NCBI RefSeq assembly: GCF_000497125.1
Contig: NC_090596.1
Location: forward strand, 930,001-994,000
DNA length: 64,000 nucleotides
DNA from: Spironucleus salmonicida
Lineage: Eukaryota
Direction: 5' to 3'
Shown here piece after piece: positions 62,697 to 64,000 of this stretch. The translations under genes and the position numbers were made by a program. The first letter of the stretch is position 1. Each line of letters starts with the position of its first letter. The notes below the pieces were generated by a model. It was not told the origin of the DNA. It saw only the letters and a list, made by a program, of their open reading frames with translations, and made no database searches.

Positions 62697-63698
62697 ATGA
62701 ATCTTTCATATGCAACAATGTCACTAATTTCTAAGTCTAAACTCAAATAATCAGCGTGCTCTACACTATCATTACAGTCATCCAGTTATTAGCAAAATAT
62801 GACAAAATCACATAATTTAGAAAATTCATAGCGTGGTGTAAAAGAAAATTTTAAGAAACCAAAAAAACGGCCTTTATCATAAGTATATTTTCCAGTTAAT
62901 AATGATAATTTTTAATTACCTATTAATACTGCTTTTCAGCCACTTAATATGACAACAAATTTCAAGATTCCAAATTATTTAGAGTACCTTAGTTTGATGC
63001 ATAAGCGTGCAGATTAAGTTCAACCAAATCAAATTAATATGTATTTCTTTAGCTAGTAATAGCGCACTGAATATCCAGAAGTCTTTGTTGCAGATCTAGA
63101 TATTAATCAATAGGATCTTCTTTATGATCCCAAAATTGATAATCCTAGTAAATTATTGATTTAGTCAACAATCTAAAATGATTCAGATGAAAATATTAAC
63201 TATATCATTTAAACAAATGATTTTAGACTTTTAAACAAATGTCCAACAACGATTTAATAAAAATCTTTTATAGATGCATAAACTACACTTATATTTGAAG
63301 ATTTAAAAAATATTTAATAGAAAGATGATCTATCAGTAATATATGAAAAAGAATTCAATAATAATTATAAAGTATTTCATTAGTTTTCTGATACATATTC
63401 TTAATTTTAAATATATTTAAGTGCGATAAAATCTTAAGTATTTATAACAGAGCATGATGAATTTTTTGATTCAGTAAATATAATAAGTTCCATAAATTTG
63501 TCTCGTAACAGTAGTTTAGCTAATCTTTCATTCTCTAGAAATGGAAGCTATATGAAACTTGAACGACACATTGAACAAATTGAAAATGAAGCAGTAAAAT
63601 AAAACTCTAATAAAACTGGAATAATGAAGTTTATTCTAAGGGAAGATGATGAAGATTGGAGAAGCTTTGTAGGGTGTGAGGTCGAAAAGAAGTAATGA
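62697..63698 (+). CDS. Hypothetical protein (333 aa)
   Basis: Open from ATG 62697 to TGA 63696-63698; S/N/Q-rich. Confidence 0.6.
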
Positions 63699-64000
63699 TA
63701 TTATATCAATTCCATATTTACCGCTTTTATGGTCGTTATATTAAATATAATTGATAGTTCTATTATTAAACACTGTTTGAGTATATTATTTAGTTTTAGC
63801 CTCCAAATATTAGATATTTAGAAAATTAACAAATATAAGATAACTTCTAGATAACAAACATAAGTTACCTATAAGTTAAAATAAATTTTCAACTTTTATC
63901 TGCAATTTTTTCATATTATTATGAAATGCTAATATAAATAGCATAAATATAATTTATGCATTTGCAATTAGCAATGTTAATAAGTAAATGTGTAATAGAT

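Noticed and set aside
1-64000. tRNA, rRNA, CRISPR arrays, spliceosomal introns
   Set aside because: No cloverleaf, rRNA signature or repeat-spacer array recognised, and all called genes close in frame without splicing. Small ones could be missed by eye.

Overview
Eukaryotic, intron-poor, gene-dense DNA that uses a variant genetic code: TAA and TAG encode Gln and TGA is the only stop. This, together with AGTGA stop/poly(A) signals, C-rich boxes before ATG and the gene content, points to a hexamitid diplomonad (Spironucleus salmonicida-like; inferred, not searched). The supplied ORF track uses the standard code and fragments or misses most genes. Re-reading by hand with TAA/TAG=Gln gives clathrin heavy chain, a purine phosphoribosyltransferase, a GDSL esterase, a ~1960-aa membrane protein, a C-terminal DnaJ protein, Spc25-like, a two-RING protein, a CBS-type family II pyrophosphatase, RRP8, PP2C, RPB12, two Myb genes and importin-beta3. 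The centre holds two large inverted duplications. IR1 has ~5.0-kb arms carrying glucosamine-6-P deaminase and GC-rich unknown genes. IR2 has 3.56-kb arms carrying Fes1, EF-hand and HVA22/REEP genes. A 965-bp direct repeat links the two regions. Best leads: (1) a family of 80-99-aa proteins starting Met-Gly (7 ORFs), none present in the ORF track; (2) a recurrent 13-mer CAACTGATATAAC found in several frames and on both strands; (3) the duplication architecture. All translations were done by eye. With a single stop codon chance ORFs are common, so hypothetical calls carry low confidence.
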